The notes: generated by a model from the sequence alone, not told the origin. Counted from the stretch's first letter, positions 11,101 to 20,334 are shown. The stretch: 64,000 bases of DNA from an uncultured bacterium (GCA_963704645.1 OY969926.1:992001-1056000); one strand, 5' to 3'. Made by a program: numbers and translations.

Positions 11101-11198
11101 TTTAAGCTATCTGCCTGCCAATTATATATTCTTTGCTCTTCCCATATTTTTGTATATTTTGGTTCAATTTCTTTTGGGTTATATTTTTCAGCGTACAT
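8133..11198 (-). CDS. leuS: Leucine--tRNA ligase with an inserted Nudix domain
   Basis: YPSGSGLHVGH (HIGH motif), editing domain FTTRIDT/YGTGAV, KMGKR (KMSKS variant), and Nudix box GGADEGEDLAEVAARETAEELGL. Confidence 0.95.
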   Translation of the reverse strand: MYAEKYNPKEIEPKYTKIWEEQRIYNWQADSLKSSLQNQSNPESQNTSKEAKVNSKKKYILDAFAYPSGSGLHVGHALGYAATDIVARFNRLQGNQVLYPIGWDSFGLPAESYAIKNGVHPKISTEGAIAEFGRQCKLLGLSTDWSKEIATHTPEYYQFTQWWFAFLYKRGLAYKKEALVNWDPVDQTVLANEQVLPDGTAERSGAKVEQRLLSQWFFKITDYADRLLEDLDKVEWPESSKQMQRHWIGKSVGAEVDFKVVDSNHKITVFTTRIDTIYSGTFLILAPEHPLIAELTTATQFIEVSAYQEKTKQKSDLQRTDLNKDKSGVFTGSFAINPANGFKMPIWISDFVLGNYGTGAVFADAHDERDFELAKKYGIPLNTSLTSPLGNDEAVKSLFECYSGEGILYNSSQFDGMHSQQAKPAIISYGESQGWAKAKITYRLRDWSVARQRYWGSPIPIVYKPIPSESVLEELSFGKPLENAVFRNGSLAVVFNPKTQKYAYYKNLADSKIGLAGGGADEGEDLAEVAARETAEELGLSDIKSIHSLGEKMHVHYFHSGKNLNRVATAHPFLIILNSEEGSSSREAHENFETSWGDAKEIIAQLEADSTLETTRLHYVEGMKRGVSLAIALGLDNQNNPEIFNLYSVKEELVDEAKYPILLPDDVEFKPTGKSPLVDHLGFHASAEMEYGQGTRRESDTLDTFVCSSWYFLRFTDPLNKQQFASTENMNNWAPVDTYVIGAEHTVLHLLYARFFTKVAFDAGLINFDEPFLNMRHPGLVLGEDNRKMGKRYGNGVNPTDVVNEFGADTLRLYLMFMAPFEQPKPWNKDTVKGVKRFLDRIWKMQTIVGPDLALNEDTLAWKEIETNLNQLIEKVASDIADFKFNTSVAKFMEFVNLVEKHGVISKNQLERLLIILSPFCPFITEEMWQSLHQQSTFKAENSVHKQIWPEVKPEYLVKNSVVVGIQINGKIRGEVEISIDEGEAEVKAKVMANPAVQKWIEGKEIRKFIYVPGKIVNLVV

Positions 11199-11250
11199 AT
11201 AGCAAGTTTTTGTATTCCAAATTAATAAATTATTTAAGGGAAATATGCAA

Positions 11251-11274
11251 GTAGCGGAGACCCCCTGGTCTCCA
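11251..11274 (+). repeat. GTAG-type REP downstream of the RAYT gene
   Basis: GTAG-CGGAGACC-CCCT-GGTCTCCA. Confidence 0.7.
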
Positions 11275-11448
11275 ATGGCATTCTTGGGCTTAGTTCATCA
11301 AACAATTTTCTGATTATCCTTAGAGTTCAACTCGTCCAGCTGCCAATTAGTAGGATTATTAAATATATACTCCCGAATTCTGGAAAGGTCTGCGTCATTC
11401 CGAATAACTCGTTCATAAAAAGATTTCTGCCAAAATGAAGGAAAACTC

Positions 11449-11573
11449 GTAGGGGAACGCTTGCCGTTCCCGTGATACTTAATATTTCGATAGACTTTAT
11501 TCTCATCAACCATGCTAATTTCGTTGCTTGTTAAAATTCTATACTCTTTATGGAACCGCAAGGGTTCCCCTAC
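11449..11573. repeat. REPIN-like inverted REP pair inside the RAYT ORF
   Basis: GTAG-GGGAACG-CTTGC-CGTTCCC (+, 11449-11471) and GTAG-GGGAACC-CTTGC-GGTTCCA (-, 11551-11573). Confidence 0.8.
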
Positions 11574-11784
11574 AAATTGCTTATTTATATGATACCATGA
11601 TATTGATTTAAATTTGGATATTATATCCGATAAATTTGTTTCCTGTGTTGTTATTTTAGAAATTGGTTTATCTAAAAATGTCATGATTCCATGAATATGA
11701 TTGGGCATAATTACAAAATCCTCCATTATTATGTTTTCAAAAATATTAGGAAGGTTCAGCCACTCTTGTTTTACAATTTCACCT

Positions 11785-11807
11785 GTAGGGGAATGCTTGA
11801 CATTTCC
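11785..11807 (+). repeat. REP inside the RAYT ORF
   Basis: GTAG-GGGAATG-CTTGA-CATTTCC; the opposite strand encodes GNVKHSPT. Confidence 0.7.
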
Positions 11808-12013
11808 ATGATGCTTCACATTCTTGGAATCCACCTCCCCAAAAATACATCTTTTGTCTTGAACACATATTGTTATGAAGAAAGAATTATTGTTTGAATA
11901 AATGTTTTTATCTGGCAGTCTAAGTTTTTTACGATTGTTGTTCACCCTTTAAACCCAACTTATTTTTTCAAGAGGGGCAAATAAAGTTTTGGGTTATTGG
12001 TTGGACTGGGTGC

Positions 12014-12802
12014 TTATTTATGGGAAGAATTAAGTTCCGTAAGAGCTTTTTCAACAACTGCTGCATTTTCAATTTTTGCAGCATTTTCAATTTTTTTATC
12101 TAAAATTAAATCAATTGCAAGCTTTATAGATGGATAACACTGTTGGCACTCCTCATCAGTTAATTGGTGCACTCCTTTGCTTAAAATACGATAAAGATTA
12201 TATGGTATGAACTCAGATTTTGGTAAAAACTTATTAATAATGTTGAGCTTTTGCTCCATATTCTTTTTCTTGAACTCTACTAAATTAATATTTAAATCAG
12301 AAATATTTTCACTAAACAATTCAAGAATTAAATTTTCAAAAATTCTTCTTAAGTGAGTAAATGAAGCAATTCCTAAACCAGCTGTAAATGATTTAATCGC
12401 CTTTTTATAGTCTTCTAAACCATTATTCTTTAAGATTTTATAATATTTTTTTTCCAGTTCAGCAAATTGAATATCAGCTAAAGAAGGATATTGCCCTATT
12501 TTCTCAATATCATTTGCATTAACTAAAACATAGAATGTTAAGTATGTCTCGCCATCCCTAACACATTTTAGAAAAATTTGATGAACATGACCTTAAATTC
12601 CACAGCATACCTGTGTACTAAAAATTTGGAAGGTCGTCTCATATTTTTGAACTGGATTGTATCCATCCACTCTTTGAAAAAAGACTTCATGATATAAATC
12701 TGCCTGTCGGCAATCTTGGGTCGTCTGAATTTTCTTATAGAGAGGAGTTTCAAAGAAGAACTGGCGACCATTTATTGGCATTGGCAATTGTATTTCTGAC
12801 AT
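12014..12802 (-). pseudogene. DUF4145/HEPN-like protein interrupted by one in-frame TAA
   Basis: ORFs 12593..12829 and 12014..12319 share a frame. Reading through TAA 12593-12595 gives ...CCGI*GHVHQIFLKCVRDG...KIGQYPSLAD...HLRRIFENL...ILSKGVHQL. The family call is from remembered motifs. Confidence 0.65.
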
Positions 12803-12838
12803 GATAACATAAAAATCGCCACACAACACTTATCTGTC

Positions 12839-12868
12839 AAAACAAACTCCCCTGCGGGAAACAGGGGA
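12839..12868 (-). terminator. rpoB terminator
   Basis: TCCCCTG-N7-CAGGGGA followed by GTTTGTTTT on the minus strand. Confidence 0.7.
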
Positions 12869-12882
12869 AATGAGTTAAACTT

Positions 12883-12906
12883 GTAGAGGAAAGCTCCTGC
12901 TTTCCA
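12883..12906 (+). repeat. GTAG-type REP
   Basis: GTAG-AGGAAAGC-TCCT-GCTTTCCA. Confidence 0.7.
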
Positions 12907-12940
12907 TAACTACATTAACAAGATTATAAGCTACTCAGAC

Positions 12941-15900
12941 CTACAACCCGCCTTCATCTACAGATAAGGCCAATTTTTCATCAATTCTGGCTCTGTCTCC
13001 GTAAATTTCTTCGGCTTCGGTTACTGCGGCGTTTACCTTAATACCTAAAGCTGTAAGCTCGTTTGCAAGTACAATGAATGAACCTGGTAAGTTAGGGCTC
13101 ATAATTGGTTTACCTCTAATAATAGCTTCAAATGCTGCTTCTCTACCTGCTCCGTCATCTGACTTAATTGTTAACATTTCTTGCAAAGCGTAAGCTGCTC
13201 CATAGGCTTCTAAAGCCCAAACTTCCATTTCTCCAAATCTTTGTCCTCCTGCATTAGCACGACCTCCTAATGGTTGTTGTGTAATTAAAGAGTAAGAACC
13301 TGTGGAACGTGTGTGGACCTTATCGTCAACCAAATGATACAGTTTGTTAAAGTAAATGTGTCCAACTACAACAGGTCTGTCATATTTTTCACCAGTTTGA
13401 CCATCCCACAAAGACATTTTTCCATCTTCAGAAAAGCCTGCTTCAACCAATTCATTTTTAATTGTTTCTAAAGGAATTTCGTTCAAAGGCTGGGTTACAG
13501 CATGAATGCCTTTTTCGTGACAAACTAAACCTAAATGAGCTTCCAAAAGTTGACCCAAGTTCATACGAGCAACTACACCCAATGGGTTTAGCACCATATC
13601 CACTGGCTTTCCATCTTCTGTGTAAGGCATGTCTTCAACAGGAAGTACAATTGATACAACTCCCTTGTTTCCGTGTCTACCAGCCATTTTGTCTCCAGGT
13701 TTAATCTTTCTGGTTGTGGCCAACCAAATATGTACACGCTTCAAAACATCGGAAGGAAGTTGGTAACCATCCTCACGACTAAATACACGAATGGAAACAA
13801 CTTTACCTTGTAAACCATGTTCTAAGTACAAAGAGCTATCTTTAACTTCTTTAGAATATTCACCAAACAAAACACGAATTAACTTGTCTTCTGGAGAAAG
13901 ATCAACTTCGCCTTTAGGACTAATTTTTCCAACTAAAATGTCTCCACTTTGAACGTAAGCACCTAAGTGAACAATACCGTTTTTATCTAGTTTCCTTAAT
14001 TTATCAATTTGAACATTAGGAATATCACGAGTAAGTTCTTCGCTTCCCAATCTAGTTTCGTGTAAATCGCAGGTAAGTTCGTAAATATGGGTAGAGCTAA
14101 ATTTATCTTTTTGAATTAATCTTTCAGATAAAATAATAGCATCTTCAAAGTTATATCCTTTGAAAGGCATATACGCAACACGAACGTTCTGACCGATTGC
14201 AAACTCGCCTTCGTGGATACCAAAACCTTCAATTAAGGCATCACCTTTAGTTACTTTTTGACCTGGTTTTACTACAACTCTTTGGTTAATAGCTGTGTGG
14301 TTATTGGATGGAAGATATTTTAAAGCTCTGTATTCAAACAATTCCTTAGTTTTAGCATCTTTAATAGTTACTCCATTTCCATCAGCTTTAACTACTTCTC
14401 CATCACATTCTGCAACAGTTAAGTATCCAGAATCTCTGGCAGCAATAGTTTCAAAACCTGTTCCAACCAAAGGTCTTTCAGGACGAAGCAAAGGCAAAGC
14501 TTGGCCTTGCATGTTTGTACCCATCAACAAACGGTAACCGTCAGTTTGAGACACAAAAGGAATCATACATGTGGACAAACTTAAAATTTGGTTACTTGCT
14601 ACGTCGGTGTATTGAACTTCATCTACAGAGATTTGAACAGGATCACCTTGCTTTCTAGCTGCTACAGTATCAACTAAAATATTGCCCATTTCATCAACTT
14701 GGTTAATGTGTTCAGAAATTACAACTTTCAAATCGGTTTGAGAATCTAACCAAACAACTTCTTTGGAAACATGTCTTTTTACCTTAACTTCAATATTTTT
14801 ATCAGTTTCTACTAGTTCATGAATAATATCGGCTGTTAATAATTGACCAGATTTTACAATACGCTTGCCTTTAACTTCAACATCTTCTAAAGCAACTCTA
14901 GAAATTAAAGAAGGATCTGTAACTTTCAAAGAATCTTTTACCTTCAAATAAGGTGTTTCCATGAAGCCCATTTTGTTAATTCTAGCGTAAATAGCTAAAT
15001 GCACATTCAAACCGAAAGCTGGACCTTCAGGAGTGTTAATTGGACACAATCTTCCGTAATGACTAGGGTGAACGTCACGAATATCAAAACCAGCTCTTTC
15101 ACGGGTTACACCACCTGGACCAGTACAAGTTAAGAACTGTCTGTCATCCATTTCAGATAGAATATTAGTTTGATCTAATAAACGTGATAACTGTGAAGTA
15201 CTGAAGAAATCTTCAATCATAGCTGCTAAAGGCCTCATGTTCACCAATTGAGCTGGTGTGAAGTTAGCATCTTCGTTAGTTGTCATTTTATCTTTAGAAT
15301 TTCTTACAACTCTAGATAAACCTGCCTTAAATGTGTTTTGCAACCATTCTCCAACTGCTCTAATTCTTCTGTTACTTAACGAATCAATGCTATCAGATTG
15401 CTCTCTAGCTACAGCCATTCTAATTAATTCTTTTAATGTAGCTGTAATTTCGGCGTGACCAATATTCTTTTTGTAGTCTGCTCCTTCGCTATTTTTAGCT
15501 TCAAAGGCAAGTCTAGTGTTAAACTTGTATCTTCCAACTTCACCAAAATCGTATTTAGTTAAATCATCGAATAAGGAAATTAAGTACTTTCTACCTTGCT
15601 CAATAGATACAATATCTCCTGGTCTAATTTTTTTGTAAATAGAATTTACAGCGTCTTCTACACCAAAAGCTGAATCTTTTTCTAAAGTAGTTTCTATTAC
15701 GCTAAATCTTTCGTCAGTATCAACATCTTTAAACAAATCTTTAATGTCTTGGTCTTTAGTAATTCCAAATAATTTTAACAACTGTGTGGCTGGGAACTTC
15801 TTCTTTCTATCAATTCTTGTGTAAATAATGTTGTCTGCACCTAAAATAAAGTCAATCCAAATACCTCTAGCTGGAATAATTCTAGCAGTGTAAGTATAAC

Positions 15901-16351
15901 CAGATTTTTCTAATTCACGGCTGAATAATACACCAGGAGATTTTACCAACTGGCCAACTACAATTTTTTGATTAGCATTAACAATAAAATTGCCTTTTTG
16001 AGTCATTAAAGGAACTTTTCCTACAAAAACTCTTTGGCTCTTCTTTTCTTTAGTAACAAGGTTTTCTACAGTTACATTAATGTATAATGAACCAGCAAAA
16101 CTTGTACCCTTTAACAAGGCTTTGTATTCATCTGTTTCTAAGTCTTTTTCCAAAAAATAATCTGGACCTAAAAGTACTTTCCACCTTCCACCAATAGTAT
16201 CTTCAATAGGCGAAAATTCAGCTAAAATCTTGGTTAAATCTTCTTTCCAAAATTGTTGGTAAGATTCAGTTTGTAATAAATTTAAATTTGGAACTGGGAA
16301 TTCGTGTTGGCGAACTCCGAAGCTAGAGCGAGGATTGTGATTAGATGCCAT
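12941..16351 (-). CDS. rpoB: DNA-directed RNA polymerase subunit beta
   Basis: RDVHPSHYGRLCP, GYNFEDAI, GDKMAGRHGNKGVV and GQRFGEMEVWALEAYGAA. Confidence 0.97.
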   Translation of the reverse strand: MASNHNPRSSFGVRQHEFPVPNLNLLQTESYQQFWKEDLTKILAEFSPIEDTIGGRWKVLLGPDYFLEKDLETDEYKALLKGTSFAGSLYINVTVENLVTKEKKSQRVFVGKVPLMTQKGNFIVNANQKIVVGQLVKSPGVLFSRELEKSGYTYTARIIPARGIWIDFILGADNIIYTRIDRKKKFPATQLLKLFGITKDQDIKDLFKDVDTDERFSVIETTLEKDSAFGVEDAVNSIYKKIRPGDIVSIEQGRKYLISLFDDLTKYDFGEVGRYKFNTRLAFEAKNSEGADYKKNIGHAEITATLKELIRMAVAREQSDSIDSLSNRRIRAVGEWLQNTFKAGLSRVVRNSKDKMTTNEDANFTPAQLVNMRPLAAMIEDFFSTSQLSRLLDQTNILSEMDDRQFLTCTGPGGVTRERAGFDIRDVHPSHYGRLCPINTPEGPAFGLNVHLAIYARINKMGFMETPYLKVKDSLKVTDPSLISRVALEDVEVKGKRIVKSGQLLTADIIHELVETDKNIEVKVKRHVSKEVVWLDSQTDLKVVISEHINQVDEMGNILVDTVAARKQGDPVQISVDEVQYTDVASNQILSLSTCMIPFVSQTDGYRLLMGTNMQGQALPLLRPERPLVGTGFETIAARDSGYLTVAECDGEVVKADGNGVTIKDAKTKELFEYRALKYLPSNNHTAINQRVVVKPGQKVTKGDALIEGFGIHEGEFAIGQNVRVAYMPFKGYNFEDAIILSERLIQKDKFSSTHIYELTCDLHETRLGSEELTRDIPNVQIDKLRKLDKNGIVHLGAYVQSGDILVGKISPKGEVDLSPEDKLIRVLFGEYSKEVKDSSLYLEHGLQGKVVSIRVFSREDGYQLPSDVLKRVHIWLATTRKIKPGDKMAGRHGNKGVVSIVLPVEDMPYTEDGKPVDMVLNPLGVVARMNLGQLLEAHLGLVCHEKGIHAVTQPLNEIPLETIKNELVEAGFSEDGKMSLWDGQTGEKYDRPVVVGHIYFNKLYHLVDDKVHTRSTGSYSLITQQPLGGRANAGGQRFGEMEVWALEAYGAAYALQEMLTIKSDDGAGREAAFEAIIRGKPIMSPNLPGSFIVLANELTALGIKVNAAVTEAEEIYGDRARIDEKLALSVDEGGL

Positions 16352-16440
16352 AAAACGTTTTACGTGCTTTTGTAATAATGAACTAAAACATCAGGTATTG
16401 TCAAGAAAAACAAGATAGGTAACATTTTACAACAAATATT

Positions 16441-16508
16441 GTAGAGGTGAGCCTGTCTCGCCATATTAAATTATAAAGCTCACCCGTAGCGGCGAAGCTT
16501 GCGAGCCA
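16441..16508 (+). repeat. Two tandem GTAG-type REPs
   Basis: GTAG-AGGTGAG-CCTGT-CTCGCCA at 16441 and GTAGCGGCGAAGCTTGCGAGCCA at 16486. Confidence 0.75.
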
Positions 16509-16626
16509 CAAATTTCGAAACTAACAGAAACTCTTAAAATTTTAGTGTCTTTTTCTCTCCCAATAATTAAAGCCTTCCGTTAATATTGGAAGACTTGTAA
16601 AATTGTTTTAAGATGGAGCTTATCTG

Positions 16627-16959
16627 TTAAATATTATAATGCGAAATTAAAAATAAACCAGGAAACCCAAGCAATATTTCAATTACCTCATCAAACTTAG
16701 TCAACTCTTTATCCCTATAATCATAATTTTTTATTAAAGAGTTGTATGCAACTACAGCTTCTACAACTGTAATCCCTTTGGTAATTTCTTTCTCTGTTAA
16801 AGTTACATTAGAAGCATAATCTTCTCGGAGAGGATGGTTTACAAAGTTAGTGATTTTTGCAAATTCTTCTGATCGTTTGTAAACAATTGCAGGCCTTTCA
16901 CCAGTGGCTTCAATAACTTTAGCTCTATTTTCACAAAAATAGTATTCCTCAAGATTCAT
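16627..16959 (-). CDS. Hypothetical orphan protein
   Basis: ORF with a GAAGGT SD, an upstream TTGACA-17-TATGAA promoter and a downstream hairpin at ~16570-16597. Confidence 0.65.
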   Translation of the reverse strand: MNLEEYYFCENRAKVIEATGERPAIVYKRSEEFAKITNFVNHPLREDYASNVTLTEKEITKGITVVEAVVAYNSLIKNYDYRDKELTKFDEVIEILLGFPGLFLISHYNI

Positions 16960-17055
16960 CAGTTTTACCTTCTAAATTTATTAACTAACTTACTTTTCAT
17001 ACCACCCAATTTTATAGATGTCAACTGTTGGATAGCAACGCATAGCTTACTTCTT

Positions 17056-17090
17056 TTGACATTCTCCACCTTACAAATCAACTTCAAAAC
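17056..17090 (+). promoter_or_regulatory. Putative leaderless promoter of argS
   Basis: TTGACA at 17056-17061 ends 30 nt before the ATG; no SD. Confidence 0.5.
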
Positions 17091-18974
17091 ATGAACCTTC
17101 TAGAATTAAAATCTTTACTAGACCAATACTTGCCAACCTGGAAATGGACACTTCCGCCAGACCCAAAACTTGGTGTTTTATCTTCGCCTAAAGCTTTTGA
17201 GGATGGAAAAATTCAGAAAACTAATCCTAACATTGTAGCTATAGAATTATTGGAAACACTCAAACAAGTAATTTCAGAAAACAATTTACCAATTACAGCT
17301 GAAGTTACAGGGCCATATTTAAACGTTCAAGCAAACGATAGTTTTTTGGATAACCTAATAAGTAATTTAGAGACGAATTTCACTATTCCCCAAAATATGA
17401 AGAAGGTTTTGCTAGAATATGTTAGCCCAAATATTGCCAAGCCTTTACATGCAGGGCATTTGGTTAACGCCGTAATTGGGGAAACTTTAAAACAGACGCT
17501 AGCTTTAAAATACAGGAATTTGGAGTCTGAAATTTACTGGGGAGATTGGGGAATTCAGTTTGGAATTATTTTGTGGGCTTGGAAAAAAATTGGAAATGAA
17601 ACTGTTGAATTAGAATTAAATGGAGAGATTGTTAAACTAACGTTGGAAGATTACGCACAAAACCCAATTGAGACCTTGGTTAAAGTTTACGTTTGGGGAA
17701 ATCAACAAAAATACACCGTAGAAGGCTTTGACGAACAAATTAGGACACAAGTATTAAACTTAGAAAATAAAGACCCAGAATTGCTTAATTTGTGGCAGAT
17801 GTTCAGCCAAGATTCCAAAAAAGTAATTAGTAAGTCTTTAAAGCAGCTGGGGGTTTCAAATTTTAATCACCAGTTTGGAGAAAGCTATTATCAAAACAGA
17901 ATGATGGAATTAACAAAATTTATGGATAAACATAATTTGTGGGAAGTTGAAGGCAAAGGCAGGTTTATAGATTTAGATAAGTTAAGCCAGTCTTGGGAAG
18001 AGGATAACAATATAATTTTGAGTACAGCTAATGAAGACAACAACTTGGAGACTTTGGATACTGGCGAAATTCCCTTTAATAAAATTTCTACCTATGGACG
18101 TTGCTACTTAATTCAAAGCAAAGACGGTTACACAACCTACCCCTTCCGTGACATTGCTGCCCGTTGGCATTGGGCTGAAGATTTACAAGCAGATTTAATG
18201 ATAACCCTAACCGATCACACCCAAACCCACAATTTCCATCAGGCTTTTAGTATTATTAGCTACTTAGCAAGTAAAAAAGAATTTTTAGAAATAAGTAATG
18301 ACCAAACTGTTAATAAGTTAAATTATAATAATTTGGTTCACATTCCCTACGGTTTTTTAAAACTTCCAGAAGGTAAAATGAGCACTAGAAAAGGAAATTT
18401 TGTTACTGCTGAGGATATTTTAGAACAAATTCAAACCCAAGCAATATCAAATTTGCAAGAACGATATCCAGATTTAGACGAAGAAGAGTTGCAAGAACGT
18501 AGTTTAAAACTTAGCCTGGCCGCAATAAAATGGACAGTTTTAAGTAAAGACATAATTAAAGACACAGTACTGAATATTCCACAAATTCTTACTTTTGAAG
18601 GAAATACAGGTGTTTACCAACTATACACTTTCGCCCGTTTAAATAGTATTTTAACTAAGAACAGCCACACTCTCAATTCGAGTATAAACTTTACGATTGA
18701 AGATTTGAATGATCAGGAAAAGTTAATTTTAAATCAATTAAACCAGCTTCCAATTGTTTTAGAAGAAATTTGCTTAACCTACAAACCTCATACTTTAAGC
18801 ACATATTTGTTTAATTTAAGTACGTTAATAAACAACTGGTACGGTAAAGTTTCGGTTTCTAACGAAGAAGATAAAGCAAGACAGCAATCATTGTTATTCT
18901 TCTGTCAGTATTTAGCCAAGCACCTTCAAAAAACGCTAGGCTTAATGGGTATAGAAACCCTAGAAGTATTGTAA
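17091..18974 (+). CDS. argS: Arginine--tRNA ligase
   Basis: EYVSPNIAKPLHAGH, GDWGIQFG, KMSTRKGN and GNTGVYQLYTFARL. Confidence 0.95.
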   Translation: MNLLELKSLLDQYLPTWKWTLPPDPKLGVLSSPKAFEDGKIQKTNPNIVAIELLETLKQVISENNLPITAEVTGPYLNVQANDSFLDNLISNLETNFTIPQNMKKVLLEYVSPNIAKPLHAGHLVNAVIGETLKQTLALKYRNLESEIYWGDWGIQFGIILWAWKKIGNETVELELNGEIVKLTLEDYAQNPIETLVKVYVWGNQQKYTVEGFDEQIRTQVLNLENKDPELLNLWQMFSQDSKKVISKSLKQLGVSNFNHQFGESYYQNRMMELTKFMDKHNLWEVEGKGRFIDLDKLSQSWEEDNNIILSTANEDNNLETLDTGEIPFNKISTYGRCYLIQSKDGYTTYPFRDIAARWHWAEDLQADLMITLTDHTQTHNFHQAFSIISYLASKKEFLEISNDQTVNKLNYNNLVHIPYGFLKLPEGKMSTRKGNFVTAEDILEQIQTQAISNLQERYPDLDEEELQERSLKLSLAAIKWTVLSKDIIKDTVLNIPQILTFEGNTGVYQLYTFARLNSILTKNSHTLNSSINFTIEDLNDQEKLILNQLNQLPIVLEEICLTYKPHTLSTYLFNLSTLINNWYGKVSVSNEEDKARQQSLLFFCQYLAKHLQKTLGLMGIETLEVL

Positions 18975-18997
18975 TATAAAAACTGCTTTTACCAAAA

Positions 18998-19025
18998 CAA
19001 AAAAAATCCCCAAAAGGGGAAATTT
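18998..19025. terminator. Hairpin between convergent genes
   Basis: A-tract followed by TCCCC-AAAA-GGGGA. Confidence 0.65.
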
Positions 19026-19057
19026 GAAACTCTAAGATATTGTTATGATGAAGTTTT

Positions 19058-20275
19058 TTACATTTCGTAAACTGAAAATCCGTCGTAAGTTCTAATGAAT
19101 CCATCGGTGGATGTAGCACGAGGGCCGTTTACATCTGGGTTAACCCAACCTACCCACTTTGTGTACTTATCATCAATGCTTCCGTAGAAAGTATATACTG
19201 AAAGTACTTTAGTTCCAGCAGCAGAGTTTGTATCACCAGCTAAATCTTGTCCGTATGTTTTTTGGTAGAAAGTGTTGCATGTTGCAGCGTCTACTCCAAA
19301 ATAATCGGCACATTGAGCAGCTGTAGGATATGTGAATTCATATACGAATTGGTAAACAGACAAGTTCTGTTCTTCTACTGCAGTTTTACCACCTCTGGCA
19401 CAAGCTGCACTTGGGTTGGCAGGATCTTTACCGTAGTTAGAAGGGTTAAATGCTGTTCCAGCTCTAGTTTCACGAACAGTGATGTTTCCACCAGAAATAG
19501 AACACCATCCACCTTGATATTCACGGGAACACTTACTGGAATCGAAAACGTTGTTGGTTAAACAAGCAGATAAGTTTTGGGCGACTCTAGTACATTTTGC
19601 ATAGTCGTAGCCACCATTAGTTAAACAGGTACTTAAAGGAACAATTTGTTGTGTTGCAACAGACTTGTTTTGGAAGTAATTATAAGTATCAGGACCTGTA
19701 GAGAAAATTCTTGGCATGTTACTTGTAGAAGCAGAACCTCCAGAAGTAGAGAACAATTCAGAGAATTGGCCCTGTGTGAATACAGAAGATAAACCTGTTC
19801 TTACTGCTCTGTTGGTTGCAGTTTTAGAACCTGCTACGGCACCAGCATTAGTAAAAGTATTAACCATTTGAGCTGGGTAAGTTTTAGCACCTACAGTTGT
19901 TGGGTAAATTCCTAAAACTGGATCTGAAGCAAAAGCAGTTTTTACAGATGCAGCACCAACGTTAAATTGTGAATACTGTGTAACTTTTAAGTCACCTGAA
20001 TCTAATGCTCCGTTGCTATTTTCATCAACTGCAGCAGAAAACTGAGTTAAACAACCTTGGTCAATGTATGGGTTAGAATTTGTTCTACCTGCACGTTGGT
20101 CGGCAATATAAGTTGTCCAATCAAATGTAGCGCGGCAAGCTGTAATATCAATTCCAAATTTTGCGGAAGAAGACGGAAGCGCTGTTGCTGCGGAAGCATT
20201 TATTGGGGATATAGCTAGAATACCTAAGCTGAATACAGAGAAGATTTGTAGCATTGTGGAAGTTAATTTATTCAT
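19058..20275 (-). CDS. Secreted Cys-containing hypothetical protein
   Basis: Signal peptide ending ...NASA; short internal duplication LSTCLTN..D.AKC / LSACLTN..D.SKC. Confidence 0.75.
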   Translation of the reverse strand: MNKLTSTMLQIFSVFSLGILAISPINASAATALPSSSAKFGIDITACRATFDWTTYIADQRAGRTNSNPYIDQGCLTQFSAAVDENSNGALDSGDLKVTQYSQFNVGAASVKTAFASDPVLGIYPTTVGAKTYPAQMVNTFTNAGAVAGSKTATNRAVRTGLSSVFTQGQFSELFSTSGGSASTSNMPRIFSTGPDTYNYFQNKSVATQQIVPLSTCLTNGGYDYAKCTRVAQNLSACLTNNVFDSSKCSREYQGGWCSISGGNITVRETRAGTAFNPSNYGKDPANPSAACARGGKTAVEEQNLSVYQFVYEFTYPTAAQCADYFGVDAATCNTFYQKTYGQDLAGDTNSAAGTKVLSVYTFYGSIDDKYTKWVGWVNPDVNGPRATSTDGFIRTYDGFSVYEM

Positions 20276-20334
20276 ATTTATGATTAATTATAATTGTATT
20301 ATTTCATGTTTTTTTAGTTTGGTCAACTAGGCTT

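Larger units (their letters stand above)
11298..11945 (-). mobile_element. REP-associated tyrosine transposase (RAYT, Y1 HUH / IS200-like)
   Basis: R..LRL...Y.....FFITIC N-terminus, MPNHIH (HUH), FWQKSFYERVIR and YIFNNP (catalytic Tyr). REPs lie within and around the gene. Confidence 0.9.

Noticed and set aside
12593-12595. Stop-codon reassignment as the cause of in-frame stops
   Set aside because: Conserved genes translate full-length in code 11, and TAA, TAG and TGA all serve as normal stops.
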